Assembly: GCF_036321535.1 (NCBI RefSeq)
Contig: NC_087436.1
Location: 16,368,001-16,432,000 of the forward strand
Source: Camelus dromedarius
Lineage: Eukaryota
DNA length: 64,000 bases
Direction: 5' to 3'
Shown here: positions 1 to 15,364 of the stretch, piece by piece
Position numbering within the stretch: position 1 is the first letter of the stretch
How the letters are laid out: each line of letters opens with the position of its first letter
Translations under genes and position numbers: made by a program
The notes under the pieces: generated by a model
What the model was told of the DNA's origin: nothing
The model's input: the letters and a program-made list of their open reading frames with translations, nothing else
Database searches by the model: none

Positions 1-584
1 CACATTTTCTAAACTTGGCCAAATTAGCACAGTATCAACTGGGTAAAGTTTCTATGGTCAATTTCATGCTTCTTATACTGTGCTTTAAGATCATAGTCCC
101 TCCGCATAGACACTGAATTGTGCTAAATCACAAGAATTTCTTAAATGCCATTCATTCATTCAACAGACATTTATTAGGGGTCTACTAGGTAATTAGGTCT
201 GTGATCACAAAATTGGAAGAATATGACACCTGCCCTTTGGGGCTGTCATTATGAAGATCAAACAGACATGGCAGTAACTAATTAGAGAAATAGATTAAGT
301 GATGTATTTATTTATTCATTCACCAGATATTTTGTAAGTGCCTACTACTTATTAGTTTTTGGGAATATAACAGTAAGAAAGACAACCTAGTACCTGCCCT
401 TTTGGACCTTATTGTTTGGTGAGGGAGATGGACACTAAATAAGAAACTAAACAAGTAAATATGTATCTTGTGATAATATGTAATATAATGAATAATATAA
501 TACTTGTGGTAATACCATGAAAGAGCATATGCTACCACTAAAGCATTTAACATTTTATTTATTTGTTTTTGTGTGTATAATTTT

Positions 585-748
585 TAATATTAATTTTTAT
601 TGAGCTATAATTGATATATAACGTGATACTACTTTTGGCTCTACAACAAAATGATTCAATATCTGTGTATTTGTGAAATGATCACCGCAAGTCTAGTTAA
701 CATCCCTCACCATACATTGTTACAGTTTTTTTTTTTCACTCTGAGATG
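585..748 (-). mobile_element. L1 3'-UTR fragment (L1MA9-like)
   Basis: tttttattgagctataattgatatataac...tgtgaaatgatcacc..aagtctagttaacatc; visibly homologous to the 3' end of the L1 at 61296-62501. Confidence 0.8.
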
Positions 749-1064
749 GAAAGGAAATGCCCTATTTTGCTTCCTTGGGAAGTTTGGGGGAGGCTTAACC
801 AAGGAAATTACATTTGATCTTAGTGTTTAAGAATGAGTTGTAGTTTGCCAGGGAGGGAGGAAGATAACGGAGGGGGCATTACAGAGCTACAAAGCAAAGA
901 TCTTGTTGCTGTTATAGAACAGTAAGTGAGCTGGACTTAGAAGGTGGAGTGCAGTGTGTGTGTAGAAATGTGAGTGAGTGAGACCTGTGGACAAATAAGA
1001 CTGGAGGCAGATTCTGTGAACAACTGAAATGCCTTGTAAGTCAGATAGACTTTTTTCTTTGGGG

Positions 1065-1253
1065 TAGTGGTGGCCACAAGGTGGTTGCCAGACCAAAAGC
1101 ATCAGTATTACCTGAGAACTTGTTAAAAAGGCAAATCTTGGGCTCAGCTCCAGATCTACAGAAACAGAAACTCTGTGGGTGGGAGCTCAGCAATCTGTGT
1201 TTCAGCAAGTCCTCCAGATGCTTTTAGTGGATGTTAAAGTTAGAGATCCACTG
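1065..1253. mobile_element. MER5A-like hAT-Charlie MITE
   Basis: tagtggt...ccactg termini and internal gcatcagtattacctgagaacttgtta...gaaactctg..gggtggg. Degenerate 8-bp TSD ctttgggg (1057-1064) / ctttagag (1254-1261). Confidence 0.8.
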
Positions 1254-2934
1254 CTTTAGAGGAAAGAGAACCATAAAAAAGTCCTAAGGAGAGTCATGAG
1301 TTGGTCAGGCTGTAGATAGGAACTGAATGGAGAGGGGCAGATTTTAGAGATAAAGAGAACAGTTTGGATAGTGTTAGAATAACTGAGCCAAGAAATAACA
1401 AAGCCAAGACAGTCACAGCAGAAGGAAAAGAAAGAACAAATTTGTAAGATATTTTGGAGGCTAGTTATCTGATTAGATAATGTTTTGGAGGGAGAGGAAA
1501 AAGGGGAAGTCAGGATGACTGATACCTTTCAAATTTGACTGACTGGATGAAGTTCTGCTTCCATAATCAAAAAAGCAAGCAAGAAAGCAAGTTTAAAAGG
1601 AAAAACTATTCCTTTTTTTTCTCTTTTTTTGATACATTAGGTTTGAGTTACCGGAGGCACAGCAAAAGAAGTAGCCTAATGGGCAGTTGATGTTTTGGAC
1701 TTGAAACTCTGGAGATGGTCAGAATAGCCGGTCAAGGTAGTTGAAGTCTGACTCATTAGCATGAGTTATATCAGAAACAAGGGCCTGGGACTGAATCTTG
1801 AGGAGAGGGAACACTGAAGATGTAACAGAGGAAAAAGACCTTACATTATAAAAAGTGAGGAGGATCAGAAATGTAAAAAGAAAACCTACAGGGACGTTAT
1901 CATGGAAGCTTTGAGAAGATAGAGTTAGAAACATACATGCCTTAACGCAGAGAGGCCACGTGAGGAAGGAGAAGCTTCCACTGGATTCCGACAGTTGGAG
2001 GTGGTGTTCTCAGCAAAAGCGTCTTCAGTGGTGGACCTGTAATAGACAAGAGATTAGTTAAGAAGTGAAAGTGAGATAAGGAAGCATAAATAACAAATTC
2101 ACTTAAATCTTTCAAGGAGTTTAGACTGTTGATCTCATACTGCCTGTGTACTCGTGGCTACATAAAAATAATTAAACAAGACTGACTCTATTAACCAGTC
2201 ATTACTCCATTGATAATTCAGAAAGAATCATACCTACAATTTATTGTGATTTAGAGACTCATAGGTTGTTCTTATAGAGATTATGGGATTTCCAGGAGTG
2301 GGGCAAACAGAGGCTGGTTTCCACTGCTACTAAAATGAAGTGATTTTGACGAGGTTTATGAATGCACCCACATTGTCTACAAATTTCATATATCTCACTT
2401 CCGCAAACATTATGTTCCCAGTGCTCAAGTGTAGTCTATGGCTCTGTGTTAGTTCTTAAAGTACATAGCTGATAGAGCTGAGTAGATAATATGCAAAAAA
2501 GTTCTGACCAAGGACTTTAAAGGATGGAGTGTATATAGGTAACATCGTGACTGATAAAATCAGCTGTTTACCTTTATTGTTAGAGAGAGTAGTCACAGTG
2601 ACGTGTTTTGAATGCTGCCACATTTCTTCAGGTAAATGACTAAAGGATGTACATTGCAGAACACTTATGTCTGTTTCAAAGTTGAAGGTATTATATTTCT
2701 GCTGCCATGTCCAAAGACATAGTCATTCTTCATGGCACTGAGAATTGTAATGACAACTTCAAAACTGAATCAAAGGTCATTTTCTAGTCTGCAGGTGCTT
2801 TGTAAGGTTTATCGTTATTTTTAGTAGGCAGATCTATTTGTTAAGAAGCTTAAATATTGTTAAAGCCTGAATTCTGTCTTATATCAAAATGCTACAAAAA
2901 TCTGAATGCAGATTCAGTATTTGGAACTGAGTAA

Positions 2935-3217
2935 AGCTTTACTGCCCAATGTTGTAACCACTAGTTACGTGTGGTTACTGGTCACTTGACATGTGGCTTG
3001 TCTGAATTGAGATGTGCTGTATGTTGTAAGTGTAAAAAGTATACCAAATTTCTAAGATTAAATACGAAATAATGTTTATATTTATGATATGTTTAAATGA
3101 TAATTTTGACTAAATATACTATATTAAAATTAATTTTACCTGTTTTTTTAAATATGGCTACTAAAACATTTTAAATTACATACCTGGCTTGCCTTGTATT
3201 CTTATTGAAGTCACTGG
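2935..3217. mobile_element. MER33-like hAT-Charlie element
   Basis: aaccactagttacgtgtggttactg..cacttgacatgtggct..tctgaattgagatgtgctgt...ttttaaattacata. Confidence 0.7.
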
Positions 3218-6200
3218 TATAAAGTCTTAGTGGTTATTTTGTTACCCAGAATTTTTTTGGCTCAAACATTCCGGTATTGAACATGAACACATTTTAATAT
3301 TGAAATTGTATATAAATTCCTGTTATAATTAGCAGCCTTAGATCCAAAAAAAAAAAAGGCTTAGGGTTAAATTCAAACCTATAAAAGAAAGTTCAAAATA
3401 TTAATACTCAGTTCAAAATTGAATTAATCCTTTGCTATATAAATTGTTCCTTCTCTGATATGGTTAAGGTCCAAACTTGAAATCTGGGTGCCATCCTGAA
3501 CTCCCTTTCCTTCCCCTCTCATGCTGGTAATCAATTGGTGGTAAAAGTGATAACTACTATCTTCAGTCTTCGTGAAATCTGTCCCGTCTTCTTCACTCCC
3601 ACTGTTACTTTCTTGACTGGGGCTCTCAGTACCTGTCATGTAAACTGTTGTAATTGTCATAGAGATGACTTCTTGCCTCCCTACCTTCCCCCAAAGGGAT
3701 ATCTCATCTCGTTACCCCTAGACTCTAGTATAGATCGGAGTTTATGGTAAGCAACCAGTAAAGGTTTGTTGACTGAATGGATGACAGAGCTGCTGATATT
3801 CATCGAAAGTTACAGAATGAAAAAAGATGTTTAGCCTCACGTAATGCACGTGTATACAATTGCACACACAACGTCAGTGCAGATGTGCTCTCTGGCTGAG
3901 CTTGTCAGTGCTCTAAAAATATTCAGCAACTTTTGCATTCATATGCTTTAGTTCAGGTTTTTTTTTCTATTGGATATGCTTGGAAGTGGTGATATAATAA
4001 GTGTTCTGTGTTGCCAAGGATTTTGATTTGCCAATATAAGTTTACGGCAGGCAGTCCAAGGAATCATTGGTGCCATGAAGACAGCCCCTTGTTTTTATCT
4101 GGAGTCCCTGTGGGATTAAACTACATCTGGCAATAAGTAGGGATTCTGGTCTGGCCATCTTCAAAGGCAAGAGACTGCTAGTATTTATCAGATCTGTGTG
4201 GATAAGCAAATGGGAAGGGATTAAATTTTTTTGGTTTTGTTTTTCTTCTTTTAATAACTATCTATAAAATAAAACCTCCAGAAGTTCACAGCAGATTAAT
4301 ACATTGTTCTATGGTTGTTGAAGAGGAAACCTATTCTTTTTTTCCTGTACCTAGATAATTAAGAATTTTAGATTCATATTTTAATTACTAAAGTATGTAT
4401 TTTTATAACTAGTTTATCTTAGCATAACAGAAGTTTACAGTAGTCAAAATTAATTTTCTAGGAATACTTGACCAATTCTTTTTAAAGGGTTGAACATTTA
4501 ATACAGTGGTTTTAAATATTTTAACATCTACAAGTATTTGGACATCACCGTTGGCATTTGGAGGCTTTTACTGGAGGCCATTCATCTGTGTGGGGAAGTT
4601 TATCCAGAATTTCTTTCTGAGGAAAATCTTGAAGCTGTCTTAGGGAAGGCCACTATCCCTTCCAAGTGAAGGCAGGCTTGCCTTCCGTAGAAACCTTGTT
4701 TGTGTCTTCCTCCTTCTGCTCTTCACATTTTTAAGAGATTATCAGTCCTGTGACTCAGTTTAGCTGTTGTTGAACCATGTGGCTCTGCATTTACTGACAA
4801 AACAAAATGGCTGCATTCCAGGTACGTGTCATGGAGTGTAATGTAGAATTTAACATTCAGAGCCTCACCTAAGAGAAATAACGTTTGTGCAGGATTGCCT
4901 GAAGAATACGTAGTCTCTCCATTTGTCTATACTTTAAATCTATCCCAGGATTAAGTCAGTCCCTCTGAGAGACACATACCTGGATTCCATCATATTGCCA
5001 GGGGAGGAATTTCTTATCTGAGGAATAGAAATAATGTGTTTTTCTAGGCCATCTGGTTTGTTTTTACATTATAGTCACTTGACTCTTGGAAGTGTTCGTG
5101 TTTCTTTCTTTATGTTGCCTGCTAGAAAGCTTAGCGCCAAATGCATGGCACAGCGCTAAGTCTATAGAATTTCATGGCATGATTTTCATGTACTACTTAT
5201 CCTTCTTTCTGCACTGCCTTACTTCTCTTAAGTTACATTGATTTTATCTTGATGTCTATGCCTCATTGTAAGCTCTGTGAAATATTTTCTGAATGAGGGC
5301 ATGCAACATGCAAATAAATAGTAAAATAGATGGATATATCTATCCTTTGATGTAGTTGCTTTCAATTGTTCCTTATTAATAGATTTTTCTTAAAAGCTCC
5401 CTCTCCCTGTGTATGTTACACCATGACTAGTTTAACATATCTGTATATTGTGAATTCCTAGATTTTAGATTAAGAGTGACCTAAGGTTGAAATGTTAATT
5501 AAATGTTTTAATGTTCTGTAGCTCTAAAGAAAATAGTTGGATAAAATGTCAGCATATAGGACTGTTTTAAATACTAGAAAAAAATCATCTCTCTGAAAAG
5601 GAGGGTAATTGTACAAGTTTGCCTAATCCTTTTGATCTTGGCACACAGCAATACAGACTTCAGTTGAGATTAAAACTATGAATTTCAAAGGAAACATGGC
5701 CTTCAGTGTGTAAAATATATAACAGCTGGTTGACTACTCCATTTAAAACTACACAATAACAATCGTAGACAGAATGATTCTCCTGCCAAAAGATGCACGA
5801 GTGTTTGATGGTTATATCAAGGTACGATACTAACTCACACATTTCTTCAGTAATGGTATAAACGTACAAATGAACAGTGTGCTAGTGGCTCCAGAATCTC
5901 TCTTCTGCCCAACAGTTCAAGGGCAGTTTAGAAGTACCAAACTACCCCAGTGATTTCTCTGTCTGCCTTGCAGCCTGAACTTCAATGTGTTGTTGACTAA
6001 TTTTTATTTTTTAAAACTATCAAAAATAATTTTTACTCTCAGCATCCCTCATTTTTTTCCTCTAAATCCTTGACCCTCCTTTCCCTCCTTTGGCATTCGT
6101 AACTTCTTTTTTTATAATGAAGTAACTTTTATTGTATATCCATGTATTTATCCATTTGCTCACCCTTTTATTGAAAACATATATGACTCATTATTCTTAA

Positions 6201-7181
6201 TGTCACAGCCTCACACATATTTAAGCCCCCCAAAGTAAACTTTTCTTTGTAAGTAATACAAAATTTGTTTCACATTTTTATTAAATATTTCTATTAAGGT
6301 AAATATCTGAATTCTGAAGCACTGTGATGTATTTGTAATCAGTATGGGAGAATGTTAAGCTCATGTTAGTAGATTATAGTTCCTCCAGTACTTCAGTAAG
6401 TTGACTGTTCTGCTTCACCTGAGCAAGTAATCCTTAAATAGGTTAATTAATGCATTTTTTTTTTCAAAAATGAGGATTAATGTGGATTTGTCACTTCTGG
6501 AAAAATCCCACTTGGAAAGCACATTCACATTCTGAATCTGTGTCTGTCCAATACGAAAAAAATGGTGATTTTTCTGAGACATTTGTTTCTTGAAAAATTT
6601 TGATATTAACGGCAGATTTTCTTTTCTATTTTTTTCAATTTATTTCAAAAATGGAAATTATAGGTAAATAAAAAATTCGCTAAAGTTACTCAGATTCATC
6701 AGAAATTCAGAGCCAGCATTTAAGGAGTTAATGTATCTTATTAGGGGACAGGAAATCTGGCAACTATTGCAGAAACTAGACCTAATGGTGCACACAAACA
6801 ATTTGTCAGTCTTCTTAAATGTGAATAGCTTTCCGCAAAGTGGCTGCTCTTGCTTTGTTTGAACAGGCTAAACTTTTCCTTTTTGGACTTTAAATCTTAG
6901 AAGTGAAATGTGATCCACATATTCAATCAAAATCATTTAATTCAAAGCATATTTTGATTGGAACAAAGTTGACATGGAAAGAAACTCTAGAATAAAAAAG
7001 TTGAAAGGACTTTATATCATATATTTAGCAGGAAAATTTGAAACAGTTCTAATTAGGCTGAAAAAAACAGCTTTCTTCAATGTAAATTACAAAGGTCATA
7101 TATCAATGTTAAGGAAACATTACCACTAGTGTTTGAAATCCAGCACATGCAAACATAACAGACCAGTTCATTTTAAATCCA

Positions 7182-7183
<2 letters not shown>

Positions 7184-7232
<49 letters not shown>
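7184..7232. repeat. (TG)24 microsatellite
   Basis: Uninterrupted TG dinucleotide run read directly. Confidence 0.97.
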
Positions 7233-7235
<3 letters not shown>

Positions 7236-10200
7236 AGAAGGCTGTATTACATATATTTAAAATGAAAAATACTTAAAATTCCAAGTCCATGATATTGTAT
7301 ATTACATTTTTGCCAATCCAAACAGTAACTCCTTTGAAACTTTTTACTATCTACATTTAGAAGAATTGACTCTAAATTATAGGTACAATTAAAAAGTTAT
7401 GAAACTAATTTTCATACTTTCTTCCATTAAAATATGATCAAATACATCTTGAACTGTATATCAAATCAGAGAATGAGTCAGTAATTTTTATTTCTGTCTG
7501 GAATGTACAGCTGTAGCATTTTGTATCCTGGTACTGAATTGGGCCTTCTCAAAGCCTGGGGACAGAAGTATTGGTGTAGGAGTGCAGAAATGTGTATTTG
7601 CGGTACACACGCCTAATTCCTTCTGGTTACACAATTATTTCTATAGTTAAAAGTTTGTAAATAATATTTTATCTTATTATTTGATTTTTTTATAAAAATC
7701 ATTTATCCTATAGAAACCAGTAGCTTTTATTTAGTTGCTTTTTTATATATGGCATAGTATGAGAAGAATTAGCAAAAATGTAACTGAGTATTAGCATTAT
7801 CCTGGGAATTAGAAGTATAAGAAGTACAAATAATACAATTAAAGTTTTTTGCTCTTGAAATAAGCAATTATCTAATTTCTTTTTTAGTTGAAGTTGGTTT
7901 TCTTGATTTTACATAATTTTTACATTAGAGAAAATTTGATTTTTTGAAAGTAAAAGGAAACTGCTGGAGTATTTCTAAAGTATTCATAGATTAGCTAAAC
8001 ACATGATTAATACTTTATATTGTAGAATTTTTATTCTCAAATAGCTTAGAATTTCTTGGAAAAAGCAAATTATTTCTGCATAAGTTATGTTTTTATTTGA
8101 CTTCTATAAGAAATAAGAATAATTTCATATAACTTTTTTTATCAATAAATAATTCATTTCCTTAATGGGTTAGTTTCGGGAAAACATATATTGCGATCTT
8201 TTACTGAGATTTATTGTTAGACACCCATTCATATATGTTATAATTATTTCTGACACAGGGTTACACAAATGAGTTATTTATGAATAATTTACTATTGTCT
8301 TTATAGTATTAAAGCTTTAATTTGTTGATGTTCTGCATTTGGACCAAGCAAATGAAAGTTACTAATAAGGGTGTGTATTTGACATCTGTATACTGTACTT
8401 TTTAGCATATCTCAAGTGTTTTAGTCTCTGCTTAATAGATCTCATTAAAAAAACAGATATCAGCCCCAAGACAGTTTGTCAAGACTAATATGAGTCCCCC
8501 TGGATTGGACTGACAATATGTGTGAGGCTTCATAGGATAGGCTTTTCATAGTCTTATTTGGTGCTTAACAATTGAATGTTAGTGACTGATTTATTTTATA
8601 ATAACTCAGATGAGTTGAATATTATTGTATTGTGTTCGACATTTTAGTGGATTTTCTTTTTTACAAATTTTACTCAGAGCACACATTGGATGTAAATGAT
8701 GTATCTAGCCTGCTAGGGGAGTACTAATAATTGATTGGTTAGGTTTGAGAGCAGCCCAGGAAGAATGTTCCTGTCCCCTAGCTGCAAACCGTATTTAACT
8801 CCAGTCTTAATGAGGATTTTTCCTAAAGGCTTTGAAAAATCTCAGATGCTTAGCATTCTGCTGGCATGTTTTAATTTTTTTGCGGCTAAAAATGTGCATA
8901 TAAATAAGTATTTATGTAAAGAGTATTTTTTTAATCTTATTACAAGGAAGGAGAATTTTTTAAAAATTAATGGAAGTTTTATGATTTATGTTTTTGAATC
9001 TCAAAAACGGCAGTTATAAAAGGTATTCCCAAGGTATTCCATTTTGAGTTATTTGTGGGGTTTTTTTTTTACCCTCAATAATTTCCTCCTGCTTGCCCTT
9101 CCCTCTTCCTTCAAGTCTTTTAGTAAGTGCATTTGTTTCTTATTGTATACTTTGGGTTAGATAGTTGCCATTCACTGGTATCAAAAGGATGTTAAAGCCC
9201 TGAACTGACTTTGTGCTGAAATGATTTTTCAACTTTTTGGAATTCCCATGTATCCATAGCAGTTGTTCTTGCCTGTCCCTTTTTGATATATATCTCAAGA
9301 AATGCTTGAAGGCCACTGAGGTTTTTAGTTTAGTTTTTAAATTTTTATTTAAAGTTTATTTGTGAAAGTAAACGTGTTTATCAACCTCTGGAAGAGATTT
9401 TGCCAAGATTTTGATGAATTACTGGTCAACCAGTGTAACAGTGTAAGGGGAGGCCTCCCCATGGCACTGTGGACATTTCTGCATGTGTGTTAGTGACATG
9501 ATGTGAGCCTACAATGTATTTCATTTCAGCCTTTTTACTTAACATTCTGGTGTGGTGTCAAGATGGAAAGCATCTAAATCTCACCAACTTCACCATTTTG
9601 AATGTGCATAAAGAAGTAATCAGCATTAGGAAGACTCACAAGTCTTTGTTTGATGAACATAAAATAAAATTGCCCTAGTTTTTAGAGCTTTAATATTGAG
9701 AAAATTCGTTTGTACTTCGTCATTTGCTGAGCCTTCTAGAATTTTATAGTCTCAAATCACAACACCACGGACACTCAGGAGACTCCTGACTGTTTTATCT
9801 TATTAAACAGTTTTGAAATCATTAATTTTTAATTAGCTTGGATGCAGGGTTTCTTTTTATCGTTTCAATAGTGTGTGTATATGAACTAAACGTTTTTTAT
9901 TTAAACTACTGGCGAGAGTATTATTTACATAAATAAGTGTAGGTTCTTTCTTAGAGTACATACTGTGAGTTTGCTTCATGTAGTTGTACATTTTTGTAGA
10001 CTCGGAGATATTACACGCTAATCTATTATAGTAGAGCTTTTCAGCAGTTTATTAAGTCAGATTTTGAACAACAACTGAAAAGAATGTAAGCTCACAGATA
10101 TGTATAGGTCCTTCCCTGATTGAAAGTTCTAATTAAGTGAATTGGAGAAAATTAACTGAAATTAGCTGTCAGAAAGTCACATTTAAATGAGTGATGAGCT

Positions 10201-11983
10201 AGTCTGGCAGTAAACATTTAAATGATATAAATTGCCATTTAAGTGTATGGTTTAATGTTTGTCATGCATTAATGTGACATGAGACTGCAGTGACAATCAA
10301 GCAGCTTGCTCTAATTTGAACATATTTAGGGCTTTTGTGTAGAGTGCACTGCACACAAATTAAGACAATTGCTGTTTTTATGTGTCACTTTAAACATGTC
10401 CTCTACTCCCCCACCCCCACCCCCATCACTACCATGGCCTAAGTTAATGAAACAAACGTATCATTTTTGTATGCAACTTCCGTTAATAGTTTCTGGATTT
10501 GGGGATCAATTTTAAATCTATGTGCTTAAAATAGGAATTTACTTAAAGCTATTACAAGCCCTTTGCTTCTTATTTCAAATAAAATATGAAGCAGTTTTCT
10601 GCTTTCTTAGCTATTTACTAAATTTATAAATATAATGAGTTTTATAAGAGATGTTTAAAATAATAACTTTTCACAATTGAAACTAGCAAAATGCTTTTTT
10701 AGGTATACTTTGGAATATGAGATTTGCCTTTTATTTGCAGAATTTTTCTATACTTTATAGTGTGTGATACGTTGTGAAGCCTTGTTAAATATTACTAAAG
10801 GAAATATATTATTTGAATTTATCCATAAATAATTCACTTATTCATAGGCACTTATTTTAATAAAGCACATATTTATACAAATGTTTATCTGTGAACTAAT
10901 AGGAATGTCTTTTGTTGCAAGATTATTCATATCTTACTGGTTGCTTGCGATAGAAGTTTGTCAATTTTGTTTTAGAACCGACAGATTTCTTTTTATAATA
11001 TTGATAACATAGCCACAAGCCACACCAAAAATACATCATAGTTTGACACTTATGACTCTAAAAATAAGAATTTCAGTGAGATACATTACCTGATATAACT
11101 TGGTACACTTCCAGTTAAGCTTCAGAGTTTGAGTTTGAGAACTCTGTGATTTGAGTAACATTATTTATTGATAGAGTAGTCTATAATGCTAGGCTTTTAT
11201 GTTGGAATAATTTTGAACAATATTAAATAATATAGATATGAGTACTTTTCTAAAAATCAAGTCTCTGGTTATAAAACATCTTTATTAGCATTTTTAACTG
11301 TGTTAAGTTTAGCAAACATTTATTGATACCTACTGTATTTTAGGTACACTGCTTGTAACAGAATGTAATAATGAATTGGAAGTGGACCTTGAACCCAGCA
11401 TTTCCACTGAACACTTGATTATGTTCATTTATTATTTATTGGACACTATTATGTTGGTAGAATCAAATACTTGGTCTGATTTGATATTAATATTAATATT
11501 AGAATAATAATTCAGTATTTAAAAGTATCCCTCCCAAGATCTAATTTATTGGCCTAAAAACTCAGTTGAAATAACTAAATAATTTGGTTATAGTTATTGA
11601 AGGAGACAACAAAATGTTTTAATTCTAGAAAAATTATAAATATTTCAAGTGAATAGTACATGTTTAATGTTTTCATATTTGCTATCCCAAAGTAGCCTTT
11701 ACAGGGTATGACCTCTCTTTGAAACACAGACTGAGTACCTGTCAGGCCCTGTGTTACAAATGTGACCAAGGTACACAGGCAAATACTGAAATGTAAGCAG
11801 TCTATTATAATTCAGTGTGACAAGTGCTGGAAATTCTCTGATTATAAACAAAGGAGAACGAATTCTGGTGGAAAATAGGATATCAGAATAAGTCTGTTCA
11901 CAGTAAATTTAGTATTAAATTTTACGGCTTGTTCTGAATTCCTCTGTATATTTTTAAAAATAAATTTCTGCATAATAATATGA

Positions 11984-12202
<219 letters not shown>

Positions 12203-12204
12203 TA

Positions 12205-12345
12205 GATTGGAAGCTATTAGATATCATCTTCCCCATACTTTCATTTCACTGATGAGGAAACTGAGGCCAGATGAGTGAAGTGACTTAAGCAGGGTCACCT
12301 TTAAGATTGTGACTTAGCTGAGACTTGCACCCAGAACTTCCCTCC
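12205..12345 (-). mobile_element. MIR SINE
   Basis: MIR core gatgaggaaactgaggcc...aagtgactt...ggtcac. Confidence 0.8.
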
Positions 12346-13915
12346 AACAAAGTGTTTGACTCAATATAAAATGAGAGTTTTTTCAATTTGAACCCATTAA
12401 GGGATCAATAATCATATGTACAATTTTTATGACTTTGAAGGCTACTCATTAATTTAAAAAATTAGGAAAATAATTCATTAAAGAATTAAGGTTATAAGTA
12501 TAACTCTATTTAAATGTGATAAAACACATATTTATATATAATGCAGAAGTACGTGTATAACCATATAGAAGTTATCAGTAAGAATGAAGCCTGGAGCTTC
12601 CTACATCATCAGATTTGCTGTTACTGAGACTCATTTTATCTTTTTCATTGATTTTCTTAAGTAAAACACTCAAAAATATGGTTTTGACAAATACATTATT
12701 TACCAAAATGTGTGTTTATAGCCTTGCTTTTTTTTTAGTATCTTTATTTAATTATGTATCCTCCAACTAACATACATCATGTACAGAGATCGTAGAATTG
12801 AACAGGTATCACCTTAAATGGCCGTCCAGTTTTGGAAGAAAACTAAGAAACCAGGGCGCTTTGATTCATAGGGAAAGTTGTGTATCACTGTCAAGGGAAC
12901 ATTATTTATAGAAGTAAGTTTTTCATTTTTCACCAGCACTTGATGTATTTCTTTATAATTCTACTTATGACCTGATCATGTTGACAGTGTAGGAAAGTAC
13001 ATATTTAAATATATGGGCCAGCACATATTATCACCTGGGTCATGTGCTCCATAAAGAAGGTTAGGGCACAAACAAGAGCACCATGCATTAGAAGCACATT
13101 TATCTTAAATTGTACAGGTTCTGAATTGCTATTATTCAGTTTATTTTAGAGCTGGATCTGGTAAACCCCAAAAGACTCTTCCAATTTTTCTGTTCTTTGA
13201 AAATGTTCCTTCCAGGGGGCATTTTATTTTATTAGAGCAACAACCGACTGCATGAGATGTATGTACATAGGGTTCTGTATGTGAAATTGAGGTTGGAGCA
13301 AACATACAAGTGGCGTTACAACACAGTGCATAATTTCATTGTTAGAATAAAGTCATATAGGCTCATTTACTTTATTTTTTATTGTTTTAACAATATTTGA
13401 ATAGTGGTACTTTGTCTACTAAATGTCCATAGTTATTCTTCAAATATACCACCTGCTTTGGGGTCTTTTTTTGTCTACTTAGCTGTTATATGACTGAAAT
13501 CAGAATAGATTTGATTTTGTCATGTCGTGTTTTACTTAACATACCAGCATGAATTATTTTATGTTGCTATAAAATCTGTGTAGTTTTAATTTTGAAATTC
13601 CACGATATTCTATAGAATTGCTTTGAAAATGTACTTAATACCATTTCTCCCAGTGTGGGATCTGATTTTTTTTTTTAAAGACTTGTCTATTGGTGTGTCC
13701 AAGTCGATGCAGCATTTGCAGGATGAAGGATGGCTCTCTCTGTGATGCTCTGCTAGTTAAAAAGTGAAACATTCAATCAGCAGGTTGTTTCCTCCACAGA
13801 TCACTGAGTGTAATTGGCTCTTTGTTTTTATTCTGGATTGACCCACCCTGTTTCTCACACACATTAGTGGTTTACCAAAGGAGTTGACCATGTACTATTT
13901 ACAGTATAATCTATA

Positions 13916-14115
13916 AGAGCACTGTCCAGGAGAACTTTCTGTACTGATGGAAATGTTCATTATACCTTCACTGCTCAGTACGGTAACCACTGGTCACATG
14001 TGACTGTTGTGCATTTGAAATGTGGCTTGTGTGACTGAGGAACTGAATGTTTAATTTTAGTTAATTCAGATTTAAATAATCACATATGGCTAGTGGATGC
14101 CATATTGGACAGGGG
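13916..14115. mobile_element. MER3-like hAT-Charlie MITE
   Basis: gcactgtcca..agaactttctgtactgatggaaatgttc...atgtggcttgtgtgactgaggaactgaat...atattggacag. Confidence 0.8.
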
Positions 14116-14337
14116 AAAGCTAGCAGACTGTCATACATCTTTGGTTACCAAATTTTTGAAATCCAAATTCAGGGCATGTGGTCAGACAATGGGGCAATAA
14201 ATGTTAAATTCACTTGGTAGAATATTTGACATTGGGCATACTCCATTTAGGTATTAGACATGTAGTTGACATACATGTCTAAACCAAATTATATTTTTTC
14301 TTTCACTTAAACTAACATGTTATGAATTCAGATAATG

Positions 14338-14920
14338 TTTTTATTATGGTAAATCAATATAAAATTTACCATTTTAACCATTTTGAGTGTATAATTCAGT
14401 AGTATTAAGTACATTCACATTATTATGCAACCATCACCACCATCCATCTCCAGAATCATCTTCCCAAACTGAAACTCTGTATGTGTTAAACGGTGACTCC
14501 TCCTTCCCTTCTGCCCTCAGGCCTTGGCAGCCACCATTCTACTTTATGTTTCTGGGACTTTGACTATTCTAGGTATCTCAGATCAGTGGAATTATACAAT
14601 ATTTGTCCTTTTGTGTCTGGCTTATTTTATTAAAGTTCATCTATATTGTAGATTGGGTCAGAATTCTGCCCACCCCCCTTTTAAGGCTGATTAATATTCC
14701 ATTGGACGTATACACCACATTTTGTTTATCCACTTATCTGTCAGTGGACATTTGGGGTTGTTTCTACCTTTTAGCTATTGTGAATAATGCTGCTATGAAC
14801 ATGAGTATATAAATACCTGTTCAAGTCCCTGCTTTCAGCTCTTTGGGGTATGTACTCAGAAGTAGAATTGCTGGGTTATATGGTAATTCTATGTTTAACT
14901 TTCTGAGGACCTGCCATACC
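14338..14920 (-). mobile_element. L1MB-type LINE 3' end
   Basis: aaaatttaccattttaaccattttgagtgtataattcagt...caaccatcaccaccatccatctccagaa...gtgaataatgctgctatgaacat...agaattgctgggttatatggtaattctatgtttaac. Confidence 0.88.
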
Positions 14921-15364
14921 AAATACGTTTTCAGTATTTATTTTTCATGATCAGCATTTGCTAAAGACTGTTTAAAACTTTTGCTTTAAGTTTCTTTGAC
15001 TTCCTTTTCTTCCCCACAACTCCAAGTAGTTAATTATTAACAAATTAAACTTTAACTGGAGAGTTTTCCACTCATCATACCCTAATTTATTTTTATATTA
15101 TACATTATGTAAACATGTATGATATGCTAGATTCAGCATTCACTCCAAAAACACGGCCTTATGTTCTAAGTATGGTAGGTACTCCATGTTCGTGAAACAA
15201 TATATCATTTCATTAATTAGCATTATTTGTATAAATATACACGGTTAATTCACAGTGCTTTCTGAATGTGATGTGACCTTTTATTACAGCCATGCCATAT
15301 TATAGTGCCAAATCTTGTGACACCATGCAGTGTGATGTTGTAGAATAAATGAACAAGTATGTAA

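Larger units (their letters stand above)
150..2130 (-). mobile_element. Fragmented L2 LINE(s), interrupted by an L1 3' end and MER5A
   Basis: L2 3'-tail pattern ttcattcattcaacagacatttatt at about 150 and again at about 310, followed by purine-rich antisense L2 body motifs such as gaagtcaggatgact and gggcagttga. Boundaries approximate. Confidence 0.7.
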
